The notes beneath the pieces are model-generated. The model did not search any database. It had not been told where the DNA came from and worked only from the letters and a program-made list of their open reading frames with translations. From IMG/VR virus record IMGVR_UViG_3300008107_000064, positions 1 through 55,405 of that record: a stretch of DNA of 55,405 nt, one strand, 5' to 3'. Positions 1 to 9,303 of this stretch are shown piece after piece (within the stretch, counting starts at the first letter, position 1; every line of letters starts with the position of its first letter). Both the position numbers and the translations under genes were made by a program. The DNA is from a virus (taxonomy: Duplodnaviria; Caudoviricetes).

Positions 1-1
1 T

Positions 2-595
2 TGGAATAGCTCTGGGTCTACTGGTGGTTCCGGGGGTGGCGCAGGTGGCAATGCTGCTGGTGGCACACGTTCTGGCTCTGCTGGTAATTCTGGCGGATAT
101 TCTCCGGTCGAAGGTTACGCAGGTGGCTCGTCGTATCATGCACCCGGTGCAGGCGCTGGTGGCGGCGGCGGTGGCGGAGCGTCAATGGTCGGTTATAACG
201 GTCAGTCTGTTTCGCCGTATAAAGGTGGCAATGGCGGGGACGGCGTGCAGTGGCCTGCTTCCTCCGGTACATATTACGGCGGCGGCGGCGGCGGTGCAGG
301 CGTTTCTGCCGGTGCACCAGCGGCGGCTTCTGGTGGTCTTGGCGGCGGCGGTGCTGGTTTTGCTACTGTCCCCGGCGCAAACTGGGGTAGCGGCGTAGCG
401 GGTACTGCTAATACTGGCGGCGGCGGCGGCGGCGGTCGTAATGCAACTGGAGCTTCTGGCGGTTCTGGTGTTGTAATTATTCGTTACCCAGATAGCTACA
501 CAGCAGCGGTTTCGACAACAGGTTCTCCCACAATCACTGTGTCTGGTGGATATCGCACGTATAAGTTTACGGGATCAGGGAGCATCACGTTCTAA
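2..595 (+). CDS. Glycine-rich tail-fibre-associated protein, 5'-truncated
   Basis: Frame 2 is open from base 2 (WNSSGSTGGSGGGAGG...) to the stop at 595. Gly-rich, with 'ANTGGGGGGG...GGSGVVIIRYP...YKFTGSGSITF', typical of phage glycine-rich fibre domains. Confidence 0.75.
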   Translation, partial: WNSSGSTGGSGGGAGGNAAGGTRSGSAGNSGGYSPVEGYAGGSSYHAPGAGAGGGGGGGASMVGYNGQSVSPYKGGNGGDGVQWPASSGTYYGGGGGGAGVSAGAPAAASGGLGGGGAGFATVPGANWGSGVAGTANTGGGGGGGRNATGASGGSGVVIIRYPDSYTAAVSTTGSPTITVSGGYRTYKFTGSGSITF

Positions 596-963
596 TGGCA
601 CACTTTGCTCAATTAGACGAGAATAATCTCGTCACTCAGGTGATCGTTGTCAGCAACGATGTCATCAACAATGAACCGTTCCCACAAAGCGAACCAATAG
701 GGATTGCGTTCTGCAAATCGCTGTTTGGTCAAAATACAAATTGGGCGCAGACATCGTATAATGCCAGCTTCCGTTATAACTATGCGGGAATCGGCTATCT
801 GTTTGACGCAACAGCGGGCGCGTTCATTCCTCCGAAGCCTTATCCATCGTGGCTTCTCAACACCCAGACTTTCCAGTGGCAGGCTCCCGTGCCTTATCCA
901 AATAACGGCAAGACATATCAGTGGGATGAAGCAACTCAGTCTTGGGTAGAGGTGGACATCTAA
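595..963 (+). CDS. Conserved phage protein associated with tail fibres
   Basis: MAHFAQLDENNLVTQVIVV...QTSYN...YAGIGY...FIPPKPYPSW...WQAPVPYP...WDE. Coupled to the upstream gene by TAATG. Confidence 0.7.
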   Translation: MAHFAQLDENNLVTQVIVVSNDVINNEPFPQSEPIGIAFCKSLFGQNTNWAQTSYNASFRYNYAGIGYLFDATAGAFIPPKPYPSWLLNTQTFQWQAPVPYPNNGKTYQWDEATQSWVEVDI

Positions 964-1217
964 TGGACTGGCAGACGATTCTCAACTTTGTAGCGGGTGC
1001 AGCCATCGCAGTTGGCGGCTGGTTTGCGCGTGAGCTTTGGGGCGCGGTTAAGTCTTTGCGGGAAGATCTACACCGATTGGAGGTTGAACTTCCAAGCAAC
1101 TACATCCGCAAAGATGAGTTCCAAGAAGGCATCAAAGAGCTAAAAGACATTTGCCGCCAGATTTTTGACAAGGTGGACAGCCTAGAAAAGCGCAAGGCTG
1201 ACAAGAATGGACTATGA
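963..1217 (+). CDS. Small membrane protein with coiled coil (lysis region)
   Basis: ATG at 963 (TAATG overlap). One N-terminal hydrophobic helix followed by a charged coiled coil. Confidence 0.6.
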   Translation: MDWQTILNFVAGAAIAVGGWFARELWGAVKSLREDLHRLEVELPSNYIRKDEFQEGIKELKDICRQIFDKVDSLEKRKADKNGL

Positions 1218-1674
1218 CAACATTACCAAACCTATAGCTGTCGTGACCGCTATGATGAGTGCGGTTGGCGGTGGCTATGCGTTGGTCGATAAGTTTGGGT
1301 GGATGAAGAAAGACATCCTGAAATGGGATGCTGAGCATTTTCAAATATCAAATGGTCCAGCCCATGAGCCTTTTCGGGTGATTGTGGCTCGCCAGAAAAT
1401 CAGGGACGACTGTTTGGTTGAAGACTTCACCCTAGAAGTCAGGGATTCTAACTACATCGTTCACCGTGCAACGCCATCCGTGGTGAAGTTTTCCGGGCCA
1501 GCCAGTCACAATGTAGACAAGCTTGGCTATACGATGACGATTGAAGCGCCGGAAACGGTTACTGCCGGGGAGGCTAAACTTCTGGCCCGGATCAGCTATA
1601 AATGCCCGGAGGGAAATGTCATTATTTCCTATCCAGACCATAAAAACTTAACGTTCAAAATAAAGGAGAAGTAA
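1207..1674 (+). CDS. Hypothetical membrane-anchored protein
   Basis: 155 aa, N-terminal hydrophobic segment, two Cys; overlaps both neighbours. Confidence 0.55.
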   Translation: MDYDNITKPIAVVTAMMSAVGGGYALVDKFGWMKKDILKWDAEHFQISNGPAHEPFRVIVARQKIRDDCLVEDFTLEVRDSNYIVHRATPSVVKFSGPASHNVDKLGYTMTIEAPETVTAGEAKLLARISYKCPEGNVIISYPDHKNLTFKIKEK

Positions 1675-2141
1675 TGGATCCAGCGACCATCTCATTGGTT
1701 TTTGGGATGGCAAAGGGTGCATACGAAGCGATCAAAGCAGGCATCAAGATCGGGCGGGAGATTCAGGGTATGGCTGGCGATGTAGCCAAGCTATACGGTG
1801 CCGTAGGCACTCTGACCCGTCTTTCAGCAGAAAAACCAAAGCCTAAACTTTTCTCAAAGGTCTCCGCCGAAGAAATGGCGATGGACATCGTCGTCAAGCG
1901 CAAACAAGCCGAGGAGTGGTTCAACCAAGTCAAGAACGAGTTCGTGTCAACATACGGGTTGCGCGGATGGCAAGAGGTGGAGAAGGAACTTGTCCGCATC
2001 CAGAAGGAGCAGAAGGCGGCCCGCCTGAAAGCCCAGAAAGAAGCGGAAGAGTTCCAGCGCGAGGTGATGATTGTGCTGGCAATAGGTGGTAGTGTAATTG
2101 CCATCATTGTTGGTGTCTTCATCGTTGCGCTTGTCGTTTAG
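1674..2141 (+). CDS. Hypothetical protein with C-terminal transmembrane helix
   Basis: SD GGAG and TAATG coupling; coiled coil followed by a hydrophobic C-terminus. Confidence 0.6.
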   Translation: MDPATISLVFGMAKGAYEAIKAGIKIGREIQGMAGDVAKLYGAVGTLTRLSAEKPKPKLFSKVSAEEMAMDIVVKRKQAEEWFNQVKNEFVSTYGLRGWQEVEKELVRIQKEQKAARLKAQKEAEEFQREVMIVLAIGGSVIAIIVGVFIVALVV

Positions 2142-2150
2142 GAGGGGATC

Positions 2151-2675
2151 ATGGACTTGCTCAAAACATTCGGCCCGCTGCTCCAGCAAGTTGCGCCTAG
2201 CCTCGCCACGGCCTTGGGAGGCCCGCTGGCTGGCATGGCTGTCAAAACCCTATCCAACGTCCTCCTCGGTCACGAAGCCGGTTCTGAGGACGATGTGAAG
2301 GCAGCTCTTGAGAACGCATCACCCGAAACGCTGGCGCAGCTCAAGCAGATCGACGCCGAGTTCAAGATCCGCATGAAGGAACTGGACATCGACCTTGAGC
2401 GCATTGCCGCTTCTGACCGAGACAGCGCCCGCAAGATGCAGACGGCCACCCAAGACTGGGTGCCGAGAATGTTAGCCCTTCTTATAACTATTGGTTTCTT
2501 TGGCATTCTGGTGTGGATGCTGATGAAGGGCATGCCGCAGACCGGCACCGAAGCCTTGTTGATGATGCTTGGCGCATTGGGGACAGCATGGACTGGGGTC
2601 ATAAACTTCTATTATGGTTCAAGCGCGGGGTCCAAAGAGAAGAACAATATTCTGGCTCAAAAGGACGGCAAGTAA
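2151..2675 (+). CDS. Holin (3TM/GTA-type)
   Basis: APSLATALGGPLAG N-terminus, 'DRDSARKMQ', two C-terminal TM helices, 'NFYYGSSAGS'. Directly precedes the endolysin. Confidence 0.75.
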   Translation: MDLLKTFGPLLQQVAPSLATALGGPLAGMAVKTLSNVLLGHEAGSEDDVKAALENASPETLAQLKQIDAEFKIRMKELDIDLERIAASDRDSARKMQTATQDWVPRMLALLITIGFFGILVWMLMKGMPQTGTEALLMMLGALGTAWTGVINFYYGSSAGSKEKNNILAQKDGK

Positions 2676-3274
2676 TGAACTTCTTTGGCGACGCCCGCAA
2701 AGTCACCCCCGAAGACATCGACCTGATTGCGCAGAGCATCAATGTCGAGCCCGCCGCTTTCCGCGCTGTCATCGCCGTCGAGGCAGCAGGATCCGGCTTT
2801 GACAAGGCCGGGCGCCCCAAGGCGCTTTTCGAGCGGCACCACTTCTACAAGCACCTGAAGGACGCGCCGGGCTTGCTGGCCAATGCAGAGGCCGAGGGCC
2901 TTGCCTATCCCAAGTGGGGCACCAAGCCCTATCCCAAAGGCTCTGACGCCGTCTATGCCGAGATCGAACGCGCCTGCGCCATCGACGAAGAGGCCGCGCT
3001 TCTTTCCACATCTTGGGGTCTTGGCCAGATCATGGGCTCCAACTTCAAGATGGCCGGCTGCCCCTCTGTCTTCCAGATGGTCAAAGAGGCCTGCGAATCG
3101 GAAGCCAATCAACTGAGCCACATGGCTGCCTTCATCCGGGCCGCCGGCTTGCAGGACGAGCTGATGACAAAGAACTGGGCCAAGTTCGCCCGTGGCTACA
3201 ATGGCCCCGGCTATGCCCAGAACGCCTATGATGTTAAGCTGGCACAGGCTTACGGGAAGTATTCTAATGCCTGA
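2675..3274 (+). CDS. Endolysin, N-acetylmuramidase (DUF3380-type)
   Basis: Motifs VIAVEAAG, LFERHHF, STSWGLGQIMGSNF, WAKFARGYNGPGY. True start is the ATG at 2675. Confidence 0.9.
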   Translation: MNFFGDARKVTPEDIDLIAQSINVEPAAFRAVIAVEAAGSGFDKAGRPKALFERHHFYKHLKDAPGLLANAEAEGLAYPKWGTKPYPKGSDAVYAEIERACAIDEEAALLSTSWGLGQIMGSNFKMAGCPSVFQMVKEACESEANQLSHMAAFIRAAGLQDELMTKNWAKFARGYNGPGYAQNAYDVKLAQAYGKYSNA

Positions 3275-3920
3275 GACCATGACCTTCGCCTCCCTTAAGG
3301 AGGACATTCGGCGCTATCTTGAGCGCGGCTTCACGCTCGCGTCTGACCAGATCGTCTATGAGCAGATCCCGCGCCTCATCAATCTGGCCGAGCGCCGCAT
3401 TGCGCGTGAGCTGAAGGTCGAAGGTCTCATCAACGTCGTCACCAGCACCATGCAGGCTGGCCTTGCCGTTTACCCAAAGCCTGACCGCTGGCGCTCAACC
3501 GTCTCATTCAATTATGGCACCGGTGACAACGGCAACGAATACACGCAGCTCTTTGCGCGTTCCTACGAATATGTCCGCGAATATTGGCCCGATCGCACCG
3601 AAACCGGTGCGCCGCTGTTCTACGCTGAATACGACTATAACAACTGGATCGTGGCGCCCACGCCGGATGCCGCTTATCCGTTCGAAGTTCTGGTCTATCA
3701 GCTCTTGCCGCTACTCGATGATGCCAACCAAACAAACTGGCTCACCGATTATGCGCCGCAGGTTCTTCTTTACGGTGCTTTGCTGGAAGCGACCCCGTTC
3801 TTGAAGAACGACGAGCGCATTCAGGTTTGGCAATCCATGTATGACCGCGCCGCGCAGGCGCTCAATGGTGAAGATCTGTCGAAGATCCTTGACCGCTCTG
3901 CCCGTCGCACGGAGGTCTAA
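3267..3920 (+). CDS. Head-tail adaptor / tail tubular protein A-like
   Basis: 'IPRLINLAERRIAREL', 'VAPTPDAAY', 'TNWLTDYAPQVLLYGALLEATPFLKNDER' pattern of podovirus adaptors; gene position. Confidence 0.65.
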   Translation: MPETMTFASLKEDIRRYLERGFTLASDQIVYEQIPRLINLAERRIARELKVEGLINVVTSTMQAGLAVYPKPDRWRSTVSFNYGTGDNGNEYTQLFARSYEYVREYWPDRTETGAPLFYAEYDYNNWIVAPTPDAAYPFEVLVYQLLPLLDDANQTNWLTDYAPQVLLYGALLEATPFLKNDERIQVWQSMYDRAAQALNGEDLSKILDRSARRTEV

Positions 3921-5144
3921 ATGACTACCTATACAGACGTCTTTGGTGGCACAAACATCTATCCGTCCGACGTGTCTTATCTCGCATTCAATTTGAATGC
4001 TTCTGACGTTACTCTGTCATGGCCGACTGAGACCAATGCGCCAGCAGATGGAACGACGATCGCCGCGCGCATCATGAATGTGAACTGCACAGCAGCCGGT
4101 CGAAAAGTCTATCTTCCTCCTGCAAATCAATCCGGCCCCGGCCAGCCCTTCCTGTTTAACAATGTCGGCAGCACAACTTTCACAATCGTCGGCAGCACAG
4201 GCACCGTGATCTGCACTGTTGCGTCTGGCACCTTGTGGCAGGTCTACATGACCGGCAACAGCAATGCTGCCGGCGTGTGGTCGTCTTATCAGTTCGGGTC
4301 AACGACATCTATCGCCACTGCTGGCGCTCTTGCAGGTGCTGGTCTCAAGGCCATCACAACGACGCTCAATCAAGCGATCTCTGTCACAACGCTGAACTCC
4401 AATTATACGCTCGGCGCGGCAGAACGTGCTCAGTTCATCAACTGGACTGGCGCGAGCGGCACGGTTTCTTTCGCTGCGGCATCAACATTGGGATCAGACT
4501 GGTTCTGCTACATCCGCAACAGCGGGTCGAGCAACATCACTCTTGACCCAAGCTCGGCTGAACTGATCGACGGCGGCTCGACGCTTGTGATCGCGCCTGA
4601 AGATTCGTGCATGATTATCTGCGACGGCGTCGGTTTCTACACCGTCGGTCTGACGCAGGCTACGGCGGGAACATTTGACTATCTCGCAATCGACGTGTCA
4701 GGCACTGGCAATTATACGCTTTCCACATTTGAGCTGGACCGAATTGCCTACAATCTGTTTGGAACGCTGACTGGAAATCGAAACATCATCGTGCCGGCCA
4801 CGATCCAACAGTATTGGATTACCAATGACACGACAGGTGCCTACACTCTGACAGTGAAAACATCAGCAGGCACTGGCATTGTCGTTCCGCAGGGCGAAGC
4901 GCAAATCTTGTATTGCGACGGCACAAACGTCGTTCAGGCCCAGACAAGCGCTGGCATTGCAACGCCGATCCCGATCGCAGATGGCGGGACAGGCGCAACA
5001 ACTGCATCTGGCGCCCGCGTGAATCTTGGTGGCACAACGGTTGGTATCTCGCTCTTCACTGCTGCAAGCGCAGCGGCGGCTCGCAATGATATCAATGCGC
5101 CATCCGTCGATGAAACCATTCAATACGCACTGGCGCTTGGCTGA
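3921..5144 (+). CDS. Virion structural / tail protein
   Basis: 407 aa, T/S/G-rich beta repeats, with fibre motif 'PIADGGTGATTASGARVNLG'. Confidence 0.6.
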   Translation: MTTYTDVFGGTNIYPSDVSYLAFNLNASDVTLSWPTETNAPADGTTIAARIMNVNCTAAGRKVYLPPANQSGPGQPFLFNNVGSTTFTIVGSTGTVICTVASGTLWQVYMTGNSNAAGVWSSYQFGSTTSIATAGALAGAGLKAITTTLNQAISVTTLNSNYTLGAAERAQFINWTGASGTVSFAAASTLGSDWFCYIRNSGSSNITLDPSSAELIDGGSTLVIAPEDSCMIICDGVGFYTVGLTQATAGTFDYLAIDVSGTGNYTLSTFELDRIAYNLFGTLTGNRNIIVPATIQQYWITNDTTGAYTLTVKTSAGTGIVVPQGEAQILYCDGTNVVQAQTSAGIATPIPIADGGTGATTASGARVNLGGTTVGISLFTAASAAAARNDINAPSVDETIQYALALG

Positions 5145-6679
5145 TGGCACCCACACCATACATCATCAAGTCTCTTCCCGGCATCAAGCGCGACGGTACG
5201 CGCTTTGAGAACGGGTTCTATGTTGATGGGCAGTGGGTCAGGTTCCAGCGTGGCTTGCCGCGCAAGATGTGGGGCTATCGTCGCATCAGCAATGAAATGC
5301 CTGAGATTGCACGCGGCCTGAGCGGTTACAATCAGAACGGTCTTCTGTACCTGATGACCGGCAGCAAGAGCTATCTCACACAGTTTCAGGTTAATCAGAA
5401 CGGTCTTGTCACATCTATCAATGACCGCACGCCGACTGCGTTCCCTGCAAATGATGCTCACCTGTGGACGTTTGATACCAGCTTCGACTCTGTCGGAGTT
5501 TCACCGGGCTCATACATCTTCGCGCATCCCGGTCACAACCTTGTCGAGATCGACAGCGACACGACTGCAAGCCTTTATTGGGGCCTTGTCAATGACACGG
5601 CGGATCTGACGGCTAACACGGCACCAGCAGTGTCCGGCGGTGTTGTCAGTCTGTATCCTTATGTCTTCGTCTACGGTTCCAACGGCTTTGTGGCATGGTG
5701 CGTTCCAAACAGCCCGAACGATTGGTCTGGATCAGGCTCTGGATCAGCATATGTCACGTCACAAAAGATCGTGGCTTCTTTGCCGCTGCGCGCCGGTCCC
5801 GGCAATGCGCCAGCAGGCTTGTTCTGGTCCTTGGATAGCTTGGTGCGCGCGACATTTGTCGGCGGATCCGCTGTCTTCCAGTTCGACACCATCACATCTC
5901 AGACGTCGATACTGTCATCGCAATCGCCGATCGAATACGATGGAATCTTCTACTGGTGCGGCGTTGACCGCTTCTTGATGTTCAACGGTGTCGTGCGCGA
6001 GATCCCGAACCAGCTCAATCAAAACTGGTTCTTCGACAATTTGAACTATGCTCAGCGTCAGAAGGTCTTTTCCTACAAGGTGCCGCGTTTTGGTGAAATC
6101 TGGTGGTGCTATCCGCGAGGTGATGCGACCGAGTGCACGCACGCTGTCATCTACAACGTACGCGAAAACACTTGGTACGATACAGAGCTGCCAAACGGCG
6201 GGCGCTCGGCTGGCAAGTTCGTGACGGTGTATCAGTATCCCATCACGACCGGCACTCAAGAAACCGACGCAGGCTTCTACAAGCTTTGGCAGATGGAGTT
6301 CGGCGTCGATGAAATCGACGGCACGCAGATCAATTCGATCCCGTCATACTTCCAGACCGCCGACATCTCAGCAGTTGCTGATCAGCAGCAGCCGAAGAAC
6401 CGCTCACTGCGTGTGGCTTATATCGAGCCTGACTTTATCCAAGAAGGCGAAATGACCTGTCAGGTCACCGGCAGGGCCAACGCCCGATCGCCTGAAGTCA
6501 CCAGCTCCGAGCATGCCTTCCCTGCTACGGCTGCAACGCCTCAAGAGCAGGTGGTCTTCTTCAAGGAAACTCGGCGCGAAATGCGCTTCATCTTCAAATC
6601 CAATGTGGTCGGCGGCGATTACCAGATGGGTCAATGCATCGCCCACATTGAAACCAGCGACGGGACGCTCCTTGGATGA
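5144..6679 (+). CDS. Tail nozzle / stabilisation protein (P22 gp10 or tubular B-like)
   Basis: 511 aa beta-rich protein with 'PRFGEIWWCYP...AVIYNVRENTWY'; lies between the adaptor and the ejection genes. Confidence 0.6.
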   Translation: MAPTPYIIKSLPGIKRDGTRFENGFYVDGQWVRFQRGLPRKMWGYRRISNEMPEIARGLSGYNQNGLLYLMTGSKSYLTQFQVNQNGLVTSINDRTPTAFPANDAHLWTFDTSFDSVGVSPGSYIFAHPGHNLVEIDSDTTASLYWGLVNDTADLTANTAPAVSGGVVSLYPYVFVYGSNGFVAWCVPNSPNDWSGSGSGSAYVTSQKIVASLPLRAGPGNAPAGLFWSLDSLVRATFVGGSAVFQFDTITSQTSILSSQSPIEYDGIFYWCGVDRFLMFNGVVREIPNQLNQNWFFDNLNYAQRQKVFSYKVPRFGEIWWCYPRGDATECTHAVIYNVRENTWYDTELPNGGRSAGKFVTVYQYPITTGTQETDAGFYKLWQMEFGVDEIDGTQINSIPSYFQTADISAVADQQQPKNRSLRVAYIEPDFIQEGEMTCQVTGRANARSPEVTSSEHAFPATAATPQEQVVFFKETRREMRFIFKSNVVGGDYQMGQCIAHIETSDGTLLG

Positions 6680-6912
6680 TCGACCCTCGCGGCATGACTG
6701 TTACTGACTGGACCGATTCGATGGTCTATACTCTGGAGCAATACGGGACGGTCGGGCGTCTCGATGATCCAGATCGGTGGCAGAACTGGGCTCTGGGTGT
6801 GGTCTCGCTCTTCAAGGTCGGAGAGCAAAACCCGCCAAACCCATTGAATTATGATAACTGGCAAGAGTGGGCATTTGCTTTCACCCGTGCCGTAAACCTT
6901 CCCGGTGGCTGA
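6676..6912 (+). CDS. Hypothetical Trp-rich protein
   Basis: 78 aa, overlaps both neighbours, 'WQNWA...WQEWA'. Confidence 0.55.
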   Translation: MIDPRGMTVTDWTDSMVYTLEQYGTVGRLDDPDRWQNWALGVVSLFKVGEQNPPNPLNYDNWQEWAFAFTRAVNLPGG

Positions 6913-8305
6913 CATGACGATCTACTCACCCGACTATCCTGCCAACTACCAGCCTCTGGCCAATGATGCCGCCGATTCGTCGTTTCGCGGCAATCCCATG
7001 GCGGCCTTTTACGAAGGCGGTCGCGTAGGTACGAAACCTGTCAGCATTCGCGTGCCGAGCGAGCCGGCCAATTATGCCAAGGGCGGCCTCGCAGCAGAAG
7101 CCCGCCGGGTTCGAGATGCAGGCGTCGGTGGCGACGAGCTGATCATCCACATCAACCGTGACGAATACGAACAGCTCAAGGAGCAGTGGGGCGAGCCTAC
7201 GATCAACCCGCACACCGGCATGCCTCAGTTCACGCCCTTCTATAAGCAGAAGTGGTTTGCCCCCGTTGCAGCGCTGGCTTCTGCCGCGCTTATGGCGACA
7301 GGTGTGGGCGCTCCGCTTGGCGCTGCTATCCTGCCTGCTTCGCTGGCTGGTGAGACTATTGCAGGCGCTGCTCTGCCCAGCCTTGTCGGCAACGCCCTCA
7401 TTGGCGCTGGCACGGGTGCTATCACCGGCGGCAGCAAGGGAGCCCTCACTGGTGCGGCTCTGGGCGGCCTTGGGACGCTTGCTATGGGCGCTCTGGGCTC
7501 CACTGCCCCCAGCGTCACCGGCACCGGCTCAGAGGGCTTCTCTGGCTGGTGGAGCCGCATGGGCTCTGGTGATTATTTTGGTGGAGCAGCAGCGGCTGAT
7601 AAAACTGCAAAGCTTTACCCCTTGAATGCACTTGACCCAACGTCTGCATCTGTTGGCCCATATGGGCCACAAGTTCCTCCCGGCTCAGAGGGAGCTTTTG
7701 AAGCTGCTTCTAAAGCAGGGAAAGCGGTAGCAGAGGGTGCTTCGCCCTACATTGCTCCCGGAACTGCTAAAAGTGCGGGGCTTCTTGGCGGTCTTATGGA
7801 TTCCAAGATGGCTATCCCAGCGGCTCTGTTGGCCGCGTCGGCTCTTGGTGGCGGTGGGGCTCAGAAGCTTCCCACGGCGGCTGCCGGATCAACGGCTAAT
7901 ACGACCGATCCCAACATGACCAAGCGGCTTGAGACTGCACCTCTAACACGCACGCGCATGGCTATGCCGGACAATTATTATACCTATGGCTCGACAGGCG
8001 AAAAACGCTACTATGCGGCCAAGCAGGAAGACGAGACGCCGATCGTAAATGCTGCCACTGGCGGCCCGTTGAGCCGCTTCGTGCAGGGCGGAGGCACTGG
8101 CAGATCCGATAGCATTGATGCTAAACTCTCGGACGGTGAATACGTCATTGACGCCGAGACCGTTGCGCTTCTTGGCGATGGATCTTCAAAGGCCGGGGCC
8201 AAGCGCCTCGACCAGTTCCGTGCTAACATCCGCAAGCAGAAAGGCCGCGAGCTGGCAAAGGGCAAGTTTAGCGCCGATGCCAAGCGACCGGAGGAGTACA
8301 TCTAA
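6905..8305 (+). CDS. Putative internal virion/ejection protein with xxGG motifs
   Basis: Central Gly/Ala hydrophobic zipper; 'TINPHTGMPQF' module; C-terminal 'GTGRSDSIDAKLSDGEYVI' module. Confidence 0.6.
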   Translation: MADMTIYSPDYPANYQPLANDAADSSFRGNPMAAFYEGGRVGTKPVSIRVPSEPANYAKGGLAAEARRVRDAGVGGDELIIHINRDEYEQLKEQWGEPTINPHTGMPQFTPFYKQKWFAPVAALASAALMATGVGAPLGAAILPASLAGETIAGAALPSLVGNALIGAGTGAITGGSKGALTGAALGGLGTLAMGALGSTAPSVTGTGSEGFSGWWSRMGSGDYFGGAAAADKTAKLYPLNALDPTSASVGPYGPQVPPGSEGAFEAASKAGKAVAEGASPYIAPGTAKSAGLLGGLMDSKMAIPAALLAASALGGGGAQKLPTAAAGSTANTTDPNMTKRLETAPLTRTRMAMPDNYYTYGSTGEKRYYAAKQEDETPIVNAATGGPLSRFVQGGGTGRSDSIDAKLSDGEYVIDAETVALLGDGSSKAGAKRLDQFRANIRKQKGRELAKGKFSADAKRPEEYI

Positions 8306-9303
8306 TGGCGTTCCTCAACTTCCTGACGCAGGGGCAGCCCCTTCCTTCGACGTCGTCAAGCCTGACCACGTCGCAGGTGCCGCAGTATCTGTCTGATTAC
8401 CTCTACAACTTGATGTCCGGCGCTTACAGCGCTGCGCAGGAAGAGTATCAGCCCTACACCGGCCCTCGTCTTGCCGGCTTCTCTCCCGATCAGCTCGCTG
8501 CGTTTGATGTGACGCGCCAAACCGCTGGCGCATACAAGCCGCAGCTCACGGCAGCAGAACAAAGTGCCGCTACTGGCGCTGGTTTGAGCCCGACTGAAGC
8601 AGCTCAGCCATATTTTCAGGCTGCCTCGGCCAATCTGCCGGGCGTCGTGAACCAGTACATGAACCCCTACATGGAGAATGTCACCAACCGCATGGGTGAC
8701 ATTGCAGCTCGCCAGATCCGCGAAAAGCTCATGCCGGAGCTGGGCGACACCTTTACCCGCGCTGGTCAGTTTGGCTCAACTCGCCAGCAAGAGCTGGCGC
8801 AGCGTGGCGTCCGCGACATTTCCGAGAACCTTGCCAGCCAGATCGGCGCGCAGCTTGCTCAGGGGTACACCACAGCCGGCCAGCAGGCTCAGGAAGATCT
8901 GCGCCGTCAGGCGTCGATTGGGCAGGCCGCTGGTACGCTCACCGGCACCGAGATGCAGAACCTTGCCAACCTTGCCAACGTGCAAGCATCGCTTGGCCAG
9001 AAGCAACAAGCCCTCGGCCTGCAAGGCGCTGGCGCTCTGGAAACAATCGGCATGACCCAGCAAGGTCAGGCCCAGAGGAACCTCGACCTCGCCTATCAGG
9101 ACTTCCTGCGTCAGACGCAGTATCCGAAGGAGCAGATCCGCTTCCTCAACGAGGCTGTTCGCGGCCTTCCTTCTGGCGGTGGAACGCAGGCAGGCACGAC
9201 GACTTCAATGGGTCAGCAATATTCTGCCTCGCCACTGGCGCAGCTCGCCAGTGCGGGCATGAGTGCCGCTGCTCTTAGCAACCTGCTGGGAGGCTCTCGC
9301 TAA
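8305..9303 (+). CDS. Putative DNA ejection (pilot) protein
   Basis: Q/A/G-rich helical protein with 'YMNPY', 'AGQFGSTR' and 'LAYQDFLRQTQYP'. Confidence 0.6.
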   Translation: MAFLNFLTQGQPLPSTSSSLTTSQVPQYLSDYLYNLMSGAYSAAQEEYQPYTGPRLAGFSPDQLAAFDVTRQTAGAYKPQLTAAEQSAATGAGLSPTEAAQPYFQAASANLPGVVNQYMNPYMENVTNRMGDIAARQIREKLMPELGDTFTRAGQFGSTRQQELAQRGVRDISENLASQIGAQLAQGYTTAGQQAQEDLRRQASIGQAAGTLTGTEMQNLANLANVQASLGQKQQALGLQGAGALETIGMTQQGQAQRNLDLAYQDFLRQTQYPKEQIRFLNEAVRGLPSGGGTQAGTTTSMGQQYSASPLAQLASAGMSAAALSNLLGGSR

